Source of the DNA: Chlorobiota bacterium
GTDB lineage: Bacteria; Bacteroidota; Bacteroidia; JAADEI01
DNA length: 49,446 nt
NCBI GenBank assembly: GCA_013153515.1
Contig: JAADEI010000009.1
Location: 1-49,446 of the forward strand
Reading direction: 5' to 3'
The translations under genes and the position numbers were made by a program. Shown piece by piece: positions 1 through 9,299 of this stretch. Each line of letters begins with the position of its first letter. Position 1 is the first letter of the stretch. The notes below the pieces were generated by a model. It made no database searches and had not been told where the DNA came from. It saw nothing but the letters and a program-made list of their open reading frames with translations.

Positions 1-120
1 TATCTTCAGCGTCTTGACAACGGCTTTGTTGTTTTTCAGAAACAATATCTTCAAAAAGTTTATAACATTTTGGAATCTGCCCAACAGGATGTTGACTACA
101 AAGCATTTCTTGAAGGTTAA
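1..120 (+). CDS. Possible 3' end of a gene entering the window (hypothetical)
   Basis: Frame +1 is open from base 1 to TAA at 118-120 (YLQRLDNGFVVFQKQYLQKVYNILESAQQDVDYKAFLEG*). No recognisable motif. An alternative minus-strand reading exists (see findings). Confidence 0.3.
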   Translation, partial: YLQRLDNGFVVFQKQYLQKVYNILESAQQDVDYKAFLEG

Positions 121-309
121 GTTTACTTATCCCAAAAGCCTTTCCAGAGCTTGTGCCAGGTATTATGATGATCAGGAAAAAGAAGGATATAAGGAGGATT
201 TTTCATCATTGCCCTTATTGACTTGTTTAGTCATTGGCTTTGTCAGGCATTGCAAGAGGACAAGAAAACAGGATTGATAAGAAATCTTTCGGAGTTTATC
301 TTCGAATCT

Positions 310-2001
310 CTATTCCACTTTCCACAGTGCGGATAATCCGAGGAGGTTGACGAGATGTTGTGCAATGAAGCGTATTGATTTCTTTTCGTGATAGATAGCA
401 TGCTGAGTGTTAAATCCATAGAAGACGACCGGGACCCGCTGGTCATAGGCGTAAGGAGTTCCGTGAGTTGTTCCTGTTTCTGCATAGCCTTCATACCAAC
501 CGGGTTTCAATAAGAACCATATATCGCCGCATCTTTCGGGGTCAAAGGACCTGATGAGGTAAGGAGGAGCCTGACGGAGAAGTATTTCTTTTCGGGTCCA
601 TGCGTTTAGGACCTGTGGTTTATTAACCAACCATTGGCGGGCTGCTTCCAAGGCTATATCATAGAAATCGCCTAACTTCTGGCGGTCTAAATATACCCAT
701 TGGTTCATTATTGCCAAAACATTTTTAGGATACTTCTTTCGTCTTTTCCTTTTAGAACGGGAGGGTTTTGACTCAACTTCCTGAAGTAATACAGGCATAG
801 GCTTTATTATCTCTTCCAGTATTTTTTTGTGTATAAAAGCGTTTAATTCTTCTTGCCATATTTTGAATGAGTCTTGCGTGAGTAGTCCGGCGTCTATGGA
901 AAGGCTATCTCTTGCAAATTTCCAATTTTCCGCTACGCCGTGGTCGGAAGTTATGATAAGCAAATAGTTTTCAGGACCTATGGACTCATCAAGGAAATCA
1001 ATAAAGTTTCCGATGAGGCTGTCCAGTCGGACATACACGTCCAAGAGTTCAAGGGACCGTGGACCAAAGTAGTGTCCCACTATGTCTGTTGAAGAAAGAC
1101 TTATAGCAAGAAGGTCGGTGATAGAATCTTTACCGAGTTTCATTTGTTTAACTGCCTGTTTGGCGAAATCAAGGGTTATAGCATTTCCCCAAGGTGTTGA
1201 ACCAATTGTGCCGGGTATTGACGATATGGCATCCATTATGTCATAAGGGAACTCAGGCACTTCTTTAAAGGGAGACCTTTCATAAGGGCTGGGGTCGTAT
1301 TTATCACGCAGATGGTGGAGTTTAGGATGGAGACGCCATTTTTCAGGGACGAAGTATGCGGCGTGTGCCTTTTGATTGTAGTCTTTTACCCATTGGGGGA
1401 GGTCTGGTGCGTAATAGGAACTGGTTGTCCACTGTCCTTGAATGAAGTCGTACCAGAATGCGAAGTCTGCTTTTTTACCGCCGGATAGTATAGCACTTCT
1501 GTCTTTTAGGGAGATGGCGACCACTTTGGACTGTGGATTTCGCAATTTAAGCAGGTCGCCCACTGTTGGAACCCTTAGATTAGCAGGGCTATAGCCCTTG
1601 TCATCTGGTTCGCCCCACACTTTTTTATGGATGGAATCATCCACTGCATAGACCTTTGTTTTTCTGATGGGGTCAAACCATTTGTTTGCAACTATTCCAT
1701 GTATTGCAGGAGAGGTTCCGGTGAAGATTGTGGCGTGACCTACTGCTGTGAAGGTTGGCACATGGTCGTGATATACGTTATCATAAACCATTCCTTTCTC
1801 AAGCAGTTTCTTGAATCCGTGTTGCCACAGGTGTTGCCATCGCCATAAATAATCGGCTCTCATCTGGTCAATGACCATCACTACAACCAGTCGTGGCTTG
1901 TCGTGCGAAACAGAATTAACTTTTTCCACGTAATTTTTGTTATGATTACAGGAAACAAGATAAACCAGAGCCGTGACCAGTAAAACAAAACCCAATCTCA
2001 T
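310..2001 (-). CDS. pafA: Alkaline phosphatase superfamily lipoprotein, PafA type
   Basis: Motifs IDQMR, PTFTAVGH (Thr nucleophile), ANKW, SLKDR, STDIVGH, TSDHG, GTTHG. Start moved from 2130 to ATG 2001 because MRLGFVLLVTALVYLVSC is a lipoprotein signal and a -7 box lies at 2007-2014. Confidence 0.88.
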   Translation of the reverse strand: MRLGFVLLVTALVYLVSCNHNKNYVEKVNSVSHDKPRLVVVMVIDQMRADYLWRWQHLWQHGFKKLLEKGMVYDNVYHDHVPTFTAVGHATIFTGTSPAIHGIVANKWFDPIRKTKVYAVDDSIHKKVWGEPDDKGYSPANLRVPTVGDLLKLRNPQSKVVAISLKDRSAILSGGKKADFAFWYDFIQGQWTTSSYYAPDLPQWVKDYNQKAHAAYFVPEKWRLHPKLHHLRDKYDPSPYERSPFKEVPEFPYDIMDAISSIPGTIGSTPWGNAITLDFAKQAVKQMKLGKDSITDLLAISLSSTDIVGHYFGPRSLELLDVYVRLDSLIGNFIDFLDESIGPENYLLIITSDHGVAENWKFARDSLSIDAGLLTQDSFKIWQEELNAFIHKKILEEIIKPMPVLLQEVESKPSRSKRKRRKKYPKNVLAIMNQWVYLDRQKLGDFYDIALEAARQWLVNKPQVLNAWTRKEILLRQAPPYLIRSFDPERCGDIWFLLKPGWYEGYAETGTTHGTPYAYDQRVPVVFYGFNTQHAIYHEKKSIRFIAQHLVNLLGLSALWKVE

Positions 2002-4231
2002 AGGTACAAAGATAACACTAAAAGAGGCAGAGGAGCATCTGAGTGAGGAGGAGCGTCGTGAAGTCCGCAAGCGATACAGGGCATTGCTTAAAGCAATAAA
2101 GAAATCGGGTAATAATACGGACATACGCACTGTTGGGAAGGCTTTGCGGGTGGCTATGAAAGCCCACAGGCATCAACGCCGTAAAAGTGGAGAGCCATAC
2201 ATATACCATCCCTTGCAGGTGGCAACCATAGTCGCTGAAATAGGGCTTACGGACACAACATCTATTGTTGCTGCTCTCCTGCACGATGTGGTTGAAGACA
2301 CTGACCTGACCCTTGAAGACATATCTCAAATGTTCGGCACAACAGTTGCCGAGTTGGTGGATGGGCTGACAAAAGTTAGTAAGTTATCGCACAGTGCAGT
2401 AATTATGCCACATTTGGAAACGTATCGTAAAATTTTGCTTGCATTAGCCAAAGATGTCCGAGTGGTTATTATTAAAATAGCCGACCGTTTGGACAATATG
2501 CGGTCTCTGGATGCATTGCCCGAACATAAAAGGGTCAGGATTGCTATGGAAACAAGATATTTATATGCTCCATTAGCCCATCGGCTGGGACTCTATTCCA
2601 TAAAAACAGAACTTGAAGACTTGGCACTGAAACACTTAAATCCCAAACAGTATTACGAAATAGAAAAATGGGTTAAGAAAAACAAAGAGAAATGGGAGAA
2701 AATTCTAAATCGGTTCGTCAGACAGTTAAGGATTTATCTACGCAAGGCTGGATATAACAATTTTACTATTGAAAAACGCATAAAGGCGATTTCTTCCATA
2801 TATGACAAACTGGTTCGTAAAAAGGACGAAGGAATAACACTAAACGAGATTTATGATGTGCTGGCGGTAAGAATAGTTTTAGATGTCCCGCCTGAAACGG
2901 AAGATGTTGCCTGTTACGATGTTCTGAGAGTGGTTCATAAACATTTTCCTCATATCCCAGACAGGGTGCGAGATTGGATTTCCCATCCCAAAGCAAATGG
3001 TTATCAATCGTTGCATACCACGGTTATTGGTCCTGAAGGAAAACACATTGAGGTTCAGATTAGGTCTGTCCGGATGCACGAAGTTGCAGAAAAAGGCATT
3101 GCCGCCCATTGGAAATATAAGCAAGGTGTTTTGAGTGACAAGGTATTAGAAGAGTGGTTTGCACGTGTCAGGGAAATCCTTGCCCATCCGGAAAAGGACC
3201 CGCACCTGTTCCTTGAGGATATGAAACTTAACCTGTTTGACAATGAGATTCACGTGTTCACTCCCAAGGGGGAAATAATAACCCTGCCGAAAGGTGCCAC
3301 GGTGCTGGACTTCGCTTTCCATATACACACACAATTGGGCTATCATTGCATTGGGGCTAAAGTGAACAACAAGGTCGTTGAACCCACTCATGTTTTAAAC
3401 GATGGGGACCAAGTGGAGGTGTTGACTGCCCAGAGCCAGACGCCACAACCTGAATGGCTAACAGTGGTCAAGACCGCCATAGCCAGAAGGGCTCTGAGGA
3501 GATATTTCAGACGGGCAAAGAAAGAACTGATAAATAAAGGGAAAGAGAAGGTAAAGAAATTTTTCGCTGAGAACAATATAAAATTTGTGCCTTCAAATCT
3601 GAAAACTCTTGTTAAATATTTGGGATTTAAAGACGTGAAGGAGTTATACTATGCTGTGGGGCGAGGGGATCTGTCGCTCAAGATGCGAGATGGCTGGAAA
3701 GTGGAAGATGGAAAGTTGATTATAGAAAAACCGTTGACGCTTGAAGAACAACTCAGGATTCAGTTGCACAGTAGCACAATCCAGGAATTTGAAGGAAAAT
3801 CATTTCAAAAATGTTGTACGCCCTTGCCGGGGGATAATATAGTCATTTTTCAACGTGAAGATGGTGCCTTAGAAATCCATCATTCCAGTTGCGAAAAGGC
3901 TGCTGAGTTGCTTGCCCACTATGGAGCACAGATAATCAAGACCAAATGGGAGCCCGATGGAAAAATATCATTTATGATAAGGATTAGGGTTAAAGGCACG
4001 GACAGAAAAGGAGTTGTTTATGACCTGTCCCGAATCATATCAAAAGAATTGGATATGAACATGCAGGGAATTTCCATTGAAAGCGACAGAGGTCAATTCT
4101 CTGGATACATAGACGTTTTTGTATCAAATAGGGAGCAATTAGACAATTTAATCAAACGATTAGAAAAAGTTCCATATCTGCATTCTGTGGAAGTGGCTGA
4201 GGGGCAACTTCTTTGGGCATCAGAGAATTAA
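1973..4231 (+). CDS. rel: Bifunctional (p)ppGpp synthetase/hydrolase (long RSH)
   Basis: RKSGEPY..HP, HD motif LHDVVED, ADRLDNMR, YQSLHT, EVQIR, AAHWKYK, TGS domain (FTPKGE..DFAF), CC/ZFD region, C-terminal ACT domain. Exact start uncertain (GTG 1973). Confidence 0.95.
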   Translation: MTSKTKPNLIGTKITLKEAEEHLSEEERREVRKRYRALLKAIKKSGNNTDIRTVGKALRVAMKAHRHQRRKSGEPYIYHPLQVATIVAEIGLTDTTSIVAALLHDVVEDTDLTLEDISQMFGTTVAELVDGLTKVSKLSHSAVIMPHLETYRKILLALAKDVRVVIIKIADRLDNMRSLDALPEHKRVRIAMETRYLYAPLAHRLGLYSIKTELEDLALKHLNPKQYYEIEKWVKKNKEKWEKILNRFVRQLRIYLRKAGYNNFTIEKRIKAISSIYDKLVRKKDEGITLNEIYDVLAVRIVLDVPPETEDVACYDVLRVVHKHFPHIPDRVRDWISHPKANGYQSLHTTVIGPEGKHIEVQIRSVRMHEVAEKGIAAHWKYKQGVLSDKVLEEWFARVREILAHPEKDPHLFLEDMKLNLFDNEIHVFTPKGEIITLPKGATVLDFAFHIHTQLGYHCIGAKVNNKVVEPTHVLNDGDQVEVLTAQSQTPQPEWLTVVKTAIARRALRRYFRRAKKELINKGKEKVKKFFAENNIKFVPSNLKTLVKYLGFKDVKELYYAVGRGDLSLKMRDGWKVEDGKLIIEKPLTLEEQLRIQLHSSTIQEFEGKSFQKCCTPLPGDNIVIFQREDGALEIHHSSCEKAAELLAHYGAQIIKTKWEPDGKISFMIRIRVKGTDRKGVVYDLSRIISKELDMNMQGISIESDRGQFSGYIDVFVSNREQLDNLIKRLEKVPYLHSVEVAEGQLLWASEN
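2007..2014 (-). promoter_or_regulatory. Bacteroidota -7 promoter element TATCTTTG for pafA
   Basis: Matches TAnnTTTG; 5 nt upstream of ATG 2001. Confidence 0.65.
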
Positions 4232-4270
4232 ATTCACTTTACACTAACCTTCCATTTAAATCAGGAAATA

Positions 4271-4278
4271 TAATTTTG
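4271..4278 (+). promoter_or_regulatory. -7 promoter element TAATTTTG for fur
   Basis: Matches TAnnTTTG; 4 nt upstream of GTG 4283. Confidence 0.65.
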
Positions 4279-4282
4279 CAGA

Positions 4283-4753
4283 GTGAAACCGAAATTTGAT
4301 TTTGAGGAGGTTAAACAGGTAGTGGAAGATTGTTTGAGAAGGAAGGGTCTTCGTAAAACATCCGAGAGATTTCACATCTTAAAGCACATTTACGAAAGAG
4401 GCGGACACTTTGACGCAGACACTCTCTACGTTGAACTGAGGAACAAAGGGATTAATGTTAGCCGAGCAACCGTATATAATACTCTTGATTTGTTTACTAA
4501 ATGTGGCATTTTAACTTCCCTCTTTTTTACGCCCCATCACATTGTTTACGATTTCAGTTATAAAGCTAAGCAACATGAACATCTCTATTGCGAAGTGTGT
4601 GGGAAAATAGAAGAATTCTGTGATCCAAGGCTTAGTATCATAGAAGAAGACGTTCAGAAACTCACGGGATTTAAGATAATTAAGAGAAATGTCGTTTTTA
4701 GAGGAATCTGTTCGGAATGCCAGAAAAAGATGCAAGAGAAATCAGAGAAGTGA
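4283..4753 (+). CDS. fur: Fur-family transcriptional regulator
   Basis: GLRKT.ER, HFDAD, VSRATVYNTL helix, HEHLYCEVCG and C-terminal CSEC zinc ligands. Confidence 0.9.
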   Translation: MKPKFDFEEVKQVVEDCLRRKGLRKTSERFHILKHIYERGGHFDADTLYVELRNKGINVSRATVYNTLDLFTKCGILTSLFFTPHHIVYDFSYKAKQHEHLYCEVCGKIEEFCDPRLSIIEEDVQKLTGFKIIKRNVVFRGICSECQKKMQEKSEK

Positions 4754-4857
4754 TTTTTTTTAACACAACGTTGCACAAAGTTTAGTCGGAAGCTACAGAG
4801 TGACCGTATAGATTCTATGGGCTGTTTTTCTTCTGCCTTATTTGTATCAATCATTCC

Positions 4858-4865
4858 TATGTTTG
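4858..4865 (+). promoter_or_regulatory. -7 promoter element TATGTTTG for iaaA
   Basis: Matches TAnnTTTG; 4 nt upstream of ATG 4870. Confidence 0.65.
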
Positions 4866-4869
4866 CAAT

Positions 4870-5793
4870 ATGAGTTGGAAGATTGTTATTCATGGAGGGG
4901 CGGGAAATATAACGCCCGAGCGGATTGGGGACAGGGAAGAGGCTTATAGGCAAGCGTTGACGGAATGTGTTATGGCTGGTGCCGAAGTTCTCAAACAAGG
5001 GGGCAGTGCTATTGATGCTGTCGTGGTGTCTGTAAAAGCCCTTGAGGACAACCCTTTATTTAATGCTGGAAAAGGCTCCGTTCCCAATGAAAAAGGCATT
5101 GTTGAGATGGATGCCGCTGTAATGGACGGCAAAACGTTGAATGCGGGAGCTGTAACGATGGTAAAACATATTAAAAATCCTATTCTTCTGGCTCTGAAAG
5201 TTATGCAAGAAAGTGAACACGTACTATTGGGTGGGGAGGGTGCTGAAGAATTCGCTCTGGAACAGGGCTTTGAATTGGTTGAGAACAGATATTTTATCAC
5301 CGAAGAAAGATGGAAGCAATATGTAAAAAAATTCCTATCCGAACACAAAAAAGTTGTAGAGATTAATTCCCTTGGGACAGTTGGCTCTGTTGCAGTTGAT
5401 AAAGATGGAAATGTTGCAGCAGCCACAAGCACAGGAGGGCTTTTGTTTAAGCACATGGGACGGATTGGCGACACGCCACTGATAGGGGCAGGCACTTATG
5501 CCGACAACGAAGGGGCTGCTGTTTCTACAACCGGCTTGGGAGAATTCTTTATTCGCACCACCACCGCTTTTCAAATCAATATACTAACCAAATTTGGAAC
5601 GCCAATCGCTGAAGCAGTCAGGAAAGTGCTGCAACAAGTTAAGACACTTGGTGGCACAGGGGGTGTCATTGCTATCAATAAAAACGGCGAACATGTGATT
5701 GACTGCGTGAGCCCGGGGATTTTTTCTGCTGTGGCGAAAGAAGTAGGCAACTATATTGAATCTAAAACCTTCTTATATAAACACGATTTATAA
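4870..5793 (+). CDS. iaaA: Isoaspartyl peptidase/L-asparaginase (Ntn hydrolase)
   Basis: IHGGAG, FNAGKGS, EMDAAVMDG, autocleavage site GTVG, ATSTGG, GRIGDTP, TGLGE. Confidence 0.92.
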   Translation: MSWKIVIHGGAGNITPERIGDREEAYRQALTECVMAGAEVLKQGGSAIDAVVVSVKALEDNPLFNAGKGSVPNEKGIVEMDAAVMDGKTLNAGAVTMVKHIKNPILLALKVMQESEHVLLGGEGAEEFALEQGFELVENRYFITEERWKQYVKKFLSEHKKVVEINSLGTVGSVAVDKDGNVAAATSTGGLLFKHMGRIGDTPLIGAGTYADNEGAAVSTTGLGEFFIRTTTAFQINILTKFGTPIAEAVRKVLQQVKTLGGTGGVIAINKNGEHVIDCVSPGIFSAVAKEVGNYIESKTFLYKHDL

Positions 5794-5973
5794 TTGTCAA
5801 CCGCTATAAACTTGTTATAAACACGTTCGTGCATTTCTTTTGACTTGCCAGATAAGATGTAGCACAGGCACTTATGTTAATGAAACAATATCCCACTTGT
5901 TTAGTGTTGTAAATAACAAATGTTGAACTTATGCGATATGAAAAGCAAGAAAACGACTTAAAATCCACGAGCC

Positions 5974-6966
5974 ATGAATGAAGAGAAACAAACGCCTGAG
6001 AGGGTTCGCTGCTTAATACTTGGAGGAGGGCCTGCTGGCTACACTGCCGCTATCTATGCAGCCCGGGCTGGCTTGGAACCTGTTGTGTATGAGGGTCCGC
6101 AACCTGGCGGGCAATTAATGCTAACCACTGACGTGGAGAACTATCCGGGCTACCCGGAAGGGGTTCAAGGTCCTCAAATGATGCAGGATTTCAGGAAACA
6201 AGCAGAGAGGATGGGTGCCGACCTTAGGTATGGGATGGCTACGGAAGTTGACTTTAGTGGACCACCGCATAAAGTCATTATTGATAAGACGAAGGAGATT
6301 GTTGCCGATGTGGTCATCATAGCCACCGGGGCAACCGCCAAGAAGCTGGGCTTGGAATCCGAGGAGCGTCTGTCAGGCAAAGGGGTTTCCTATTGTGCTG
6401 TTTGCGATGGATTCTTTTTCAAGGGTCAGGAGGTTGCCGTCATTGGTGGTGGCGACACTGCTTGCGAAGATGCTCTTTATTTATCACGGATCTGCCCAAC
6501 TGTCCACATGCTCGTGCGTAGGGACCAAATGAGGGCATCTAAGGTGATGCAAAAACGGGTGTTTAATACGCCGAACATAAAGGTTCACTGGAACACCGTG
6601 GTTGAGGAATTCCTTGGGGAAAACGAGTTGGAAGGCATCAAGGCAAGAAACGTTAAAACAGGCGAAACATTTATTTTGCCGGTGAAAGGGGCATTTATTG
6701 CCATTGGACACAAGCCTAACTCAGAAATTTTCAAGGGTTGGGTTGAGATGGACGAAGACGGATACATTAAAACAACACCTGGCAGAACATTCACTAACGT
6801 GGAGGGGGTTTTTGCCGCTGGAGATGTCCAAGACAAGATCTATAGGCAGGCTGTAACGGCTGCCGCCACTGGTTGCATGGCTGCCCTTGACGCTGATAGG
6901 TATCTGGCTGCTAAGGAGGCGGAAGAAAGCGAGGAAGTTGAGGCACAACAAGAAGGAAACGCTTAA
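5974..6966 (+). CDS. trxB: Thioredoxin-disulfide reductase
   Basis: GGGPAGYTAA, GGQL, VENYPG, redox CAVCDG, GGGDTA, FAAGDV..YRQA. Confidence 0.96.
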   Translation: MNEEKQTPERVRCLILGGGPAGYTAAIYAARAGLEPVVYEGPQPGGQLMLTTDVENYPGYPEGVQGPQMMQDFRKQAERMGADLRYGMATEVDFSGPPHKVIIDKTKEIVADVVIIATGATAKKLGLESEERLSGKGVSYCAVCDGFFFKGQEVAVIGGGDTACEDALYLSRICPTVHMLVRRDQMRASKVMQKRVFNTPNIKVHWNTVVEEFLGENELEGIKARNVKTGETFILPVKGAFIAIGHKPNSEIFKGWVEMDEDGYIKTTPGRTFTNVEGVFAAGDVQDKIYRQAVTAAATGCMAALDADRYLAAKEAEESEEVEAQQEGNA

Positions 6967-6984
6967 TTTATACTACGACAAACT

Positions 6985-7686
6985 ATGCATTTAGAATACT
7001 TTTTAAAACAACAACTAATTATTCTGAGCGATCAGATTAAGTATCCTGAGGATTTATGGATGTATTGCACGGAAGACCATCCAACTTCTTTTCTTGTTCA
7101 TTGGTGGGAGGGGCCGGGCAATCCTCTGCTCAAATGGGTTGAGGAGCTGGAGTCCCTCCCGCTTATTGATTCCCTACAATTAATATATTATGACTTGGAC
7201 ACACTGAAAAAGTTTTTTGAGAACCATTTTGAATATGTTGAAGCGGCAGGGGCAATAGTTGCTATAAAAAATCAGGACTACTTCTTAGCGATTTATAGGA
7301 GAGGGTTCTGGGACTTACCAAAGGGCAAGTTAGAGAAGGGGGAGGACCCTGTGGAATGTGCTTTGCGGGAGGTGCTGGAGGAGACGGGCGTTAAAATAAC
7401 CAACAGAAAAGCGATTCCTCTGACGACGACCAAACATCTTTTCCGTCAACAGGGCAGGTGGCACATAAAAAAAACACATTGGTTTGTTTTTGAAGTTGAT
7501 AGTGCCTTGCCCACAAAACCGGAATCTCGAGAAGGCATTAAAGAAGCGAGATGGCTATCACTAACTGAATGGAAACATAGACGAAAAAGGTCCTACCTAT
7601 CTGTTTGTCATGTGGTTTCAAAATTTGTACAGAGATATTTAAAAAAGCATGAGCGAGGAACCCTTAAAAGTGCAGGACACAGGTAA
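6985..7686 (+). CDS. NUDIX hydrolase
   Basis: AAG..WDLPKG followed by Nudix box GKLEKGEDPVECALREVLEETGV. Confidence 0.88.
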   Translation: MHLEYFLKQQLIILSDQIKYPEDLWMYCTEDHPTSFLVHWWEGPGNPLLKWVEELESLPLIDSLQLIYYDLDTLKKFFENHFEYVEAAGAIVAIKNQDYFLAIYRRGFWDLPKGKLEKGEDPVECALREVLEETGVKITNRKAIPLTTTKHLFRQQGRWHIKKTHWFVFEVDSALPTKPESREGIKEARWLSLTEWKHRRKRSYLSVCHVVSKFVQRYLKKHERGTLKSAGHR

Positions 7687-8428
7687 AGCAATAATACTCA
7701 CGCTAAATGATCCTTCAACCAAAAATGCTTTGTCACTTAACATATTGAAACTATTGCGTGAAACTATAGTGAGCATATCTCAATCTGATTCACCCAAACT
7801 ATTAGTGATTACAGGGGAAGGTGATTCGTTTAGTGCGGGGGCAGACCTCACATATCTTTCGCAATTGCCTCAAACTTCACTAAAAGAACGCGTTAGTAAC
7901 TGTCAATTAGTTGTAGATTTAATTAGAGAGTTGTACTTGTATCCTTATCCGGTCATTACGGCGGTCAATGGCTCAGTAATTGGTGCGGCAACCATCTTTT
8001 TGGCTCTTGCTGATTTTGTTATTGCTAAGGAAGGAATAGTGATAGGAAATCCAGAATTATCAATTGGTTTCGCTCCTTTTGTTACGTTTACAGCCATGGC
8101 CTTGAGAACAGGATTTGAAACGTCTCTAAGAATTATTGCTAACGGGGTTATGCCAATTCAAAAAGACAAAGGACATATTTTAATAGACCAGATAACACAT
8201 TCAAAATCATTCCTTGAAGAGGTTGAAAAAGTGATTAGCAAGTTTTACAACATTAATTTAAGGGCATTTAGCAAATTGAAGTTGTTTGCCAGAGAGAAAA
8301 GGTGGCAGGAATTTGAATCCATTTTTGAGGAAGCAATTGAATTAAACGCACGTGAATATGGAACTTCCGATTTTTCCTCCGGACTGAACAAATTACTTGA
8401 AAAAATCAGACCTGGACATCGGCTCTGA
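7649..8428 (+). CDS. Enoyl-CoA hydratase/isomerase (crotonase) family protein, divergent
   Basis: KNAL, TGEG.SFSAGADL, AVNG, PE..IG; the usual GGG oxyanion loop is replaced by GAAT. Confidence 0.8.
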   Translation: MSEEPLKVQDTGKAIILTLNDPSTKNALSLNILKLLRETIVSISQSDSPKLLVITGEGDSFSAGADLTYLSQLPQTSLKERVSNCQLVVDLIRELYLYPYPVITAVNGSVIGAATIFLALADFVIAKEGIVIGNPELSIGFAPFVTFTAMALRTGFETSLRIIANGVMPIQKDKGHILIDQITHSKSFLEEVEKVISKFYNINLRAFSKLKLFAREKRWQEFESIFEEAIELNAREYGTSDFSSGLNKLLEKIRPGHRL

Positions 8429-8507
8429 TACACAATGCCCTTCTTAGCCTCGTCAAAGTTGATAACAGTAAATTGCCCTAATTTTAGCCTTGAAAACAAC
8501 GTTTAGA

Positions 8508-9299
8508 ATGGCTTTTAAATGGAATTGGGAGTTAATCAAATATGAAGTTCAAGACAGAACAGTAATTATCACAATGAACAGACCAGAGAAACGAAACGCT
8601 TTAAATCCCCAATTAGTTAGGGAATTGTCTGAGGCATTTACAAGAGCGGAGAATGACCGCAAAGCTCGGGTTGTTGTTCTCACTGGCGAAGGAAAAGCCT
8701 TTAGTGCCGGAGCTGATTTAGAATACATTAAACAAATGCAAGATGCTTCCTATGAGGACAATCTTGCCGACTCGTTAAGACTAATGGAACTATTCAAACT
8801 CATCTATACTTTAAACAAGCCTGTTATAGCGGCTTTGAATGGTCATGCTATTGCTGGGGGCTGTGGGTTAGCCACCGTTTGCGATTTTATCTTTTCTGTG
8901 CCGGAAGCCAAATTGGGTTACACTGAAGTGAGGATTGGCTTCATTCCCGCTATTGTGTCGACTTTTTTAATACGACGGATTGGGGAAGGGAAAGCCCGGG
9001 AACTTCTCTTAACAGGAAAACTAATTACTGCCGAAGAGGCTTTAAAAATCAACTTAATAAATCGTATTGTTCCGGCTGACAAGCTTTTGAGCGAAACATT
9101 AGAATTTGCTCGCCAGTTAGCGGAAACAACATCCGGGGAGGCTGTTGCACGAACCAAATGGTTAATAGCTAACATCTATAACTTCCCATTCCCTCAAAAT
9201 ATGGAATTCGCCGCCGAGCAAAACGCTAAAGCCCGTCAAACAAGGGATTGCAAAATCGGCATTTCTCGTTTCCTTAAAAAAGAAGAACAAAAATGGTAG
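8508..9299 (+). CDS. Enoyl-CoA hydratase/isomerase, methylglutaconyl-CoA hydratase-like
   Basis: NRPEKRNALN, AFSAGADL, NGHAIAGGCGL..VCD, YTEVRIGFIPA. ATG 8508 preferred over TTG 8490. Confidence 0.88.
   Translation: MAFKWNWELIKYEVQDRTVIITMNRPEKRNALNPQLVRELSEAFTRAENDRKARVVVLTGEGKAFSAGADLEYIKQMQDASYEDNLADSLRLMELFKLIYTLNKPVIAALNGHAIAGGCGLATVCDFIFSVPEAKLGYTEVRIGFIPAIVSTFLIRRIGEGKARELLLTGKLITAEEALKINLINRIVPADKLLSETLEFARQLAETTSGEAVARTKWLIANIYNFPFPQNMEFAAEQNAKARQTRDCKIGISRFLKKEEQKW

Noticed and set aside
14-277. 87-aa + strand ORF
   Set aside because: TTG start, no motif, and it conflicts with two more plausible readings of the same bases.
2002-2130. N-terminal extension of pafA in the ORF track
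   Set aside because: It is the antisense of rel; the lipoprotein signal and -7 box place the start at 2001.
4944-5495. 183-aa antisense ORF and similar shadow ORFs (e.g. 30181-30681, 35447-36016, 46425-46859)
   Set aside because: They lie fully opposite well-supported genes and show antisense-type composition with no motifs.
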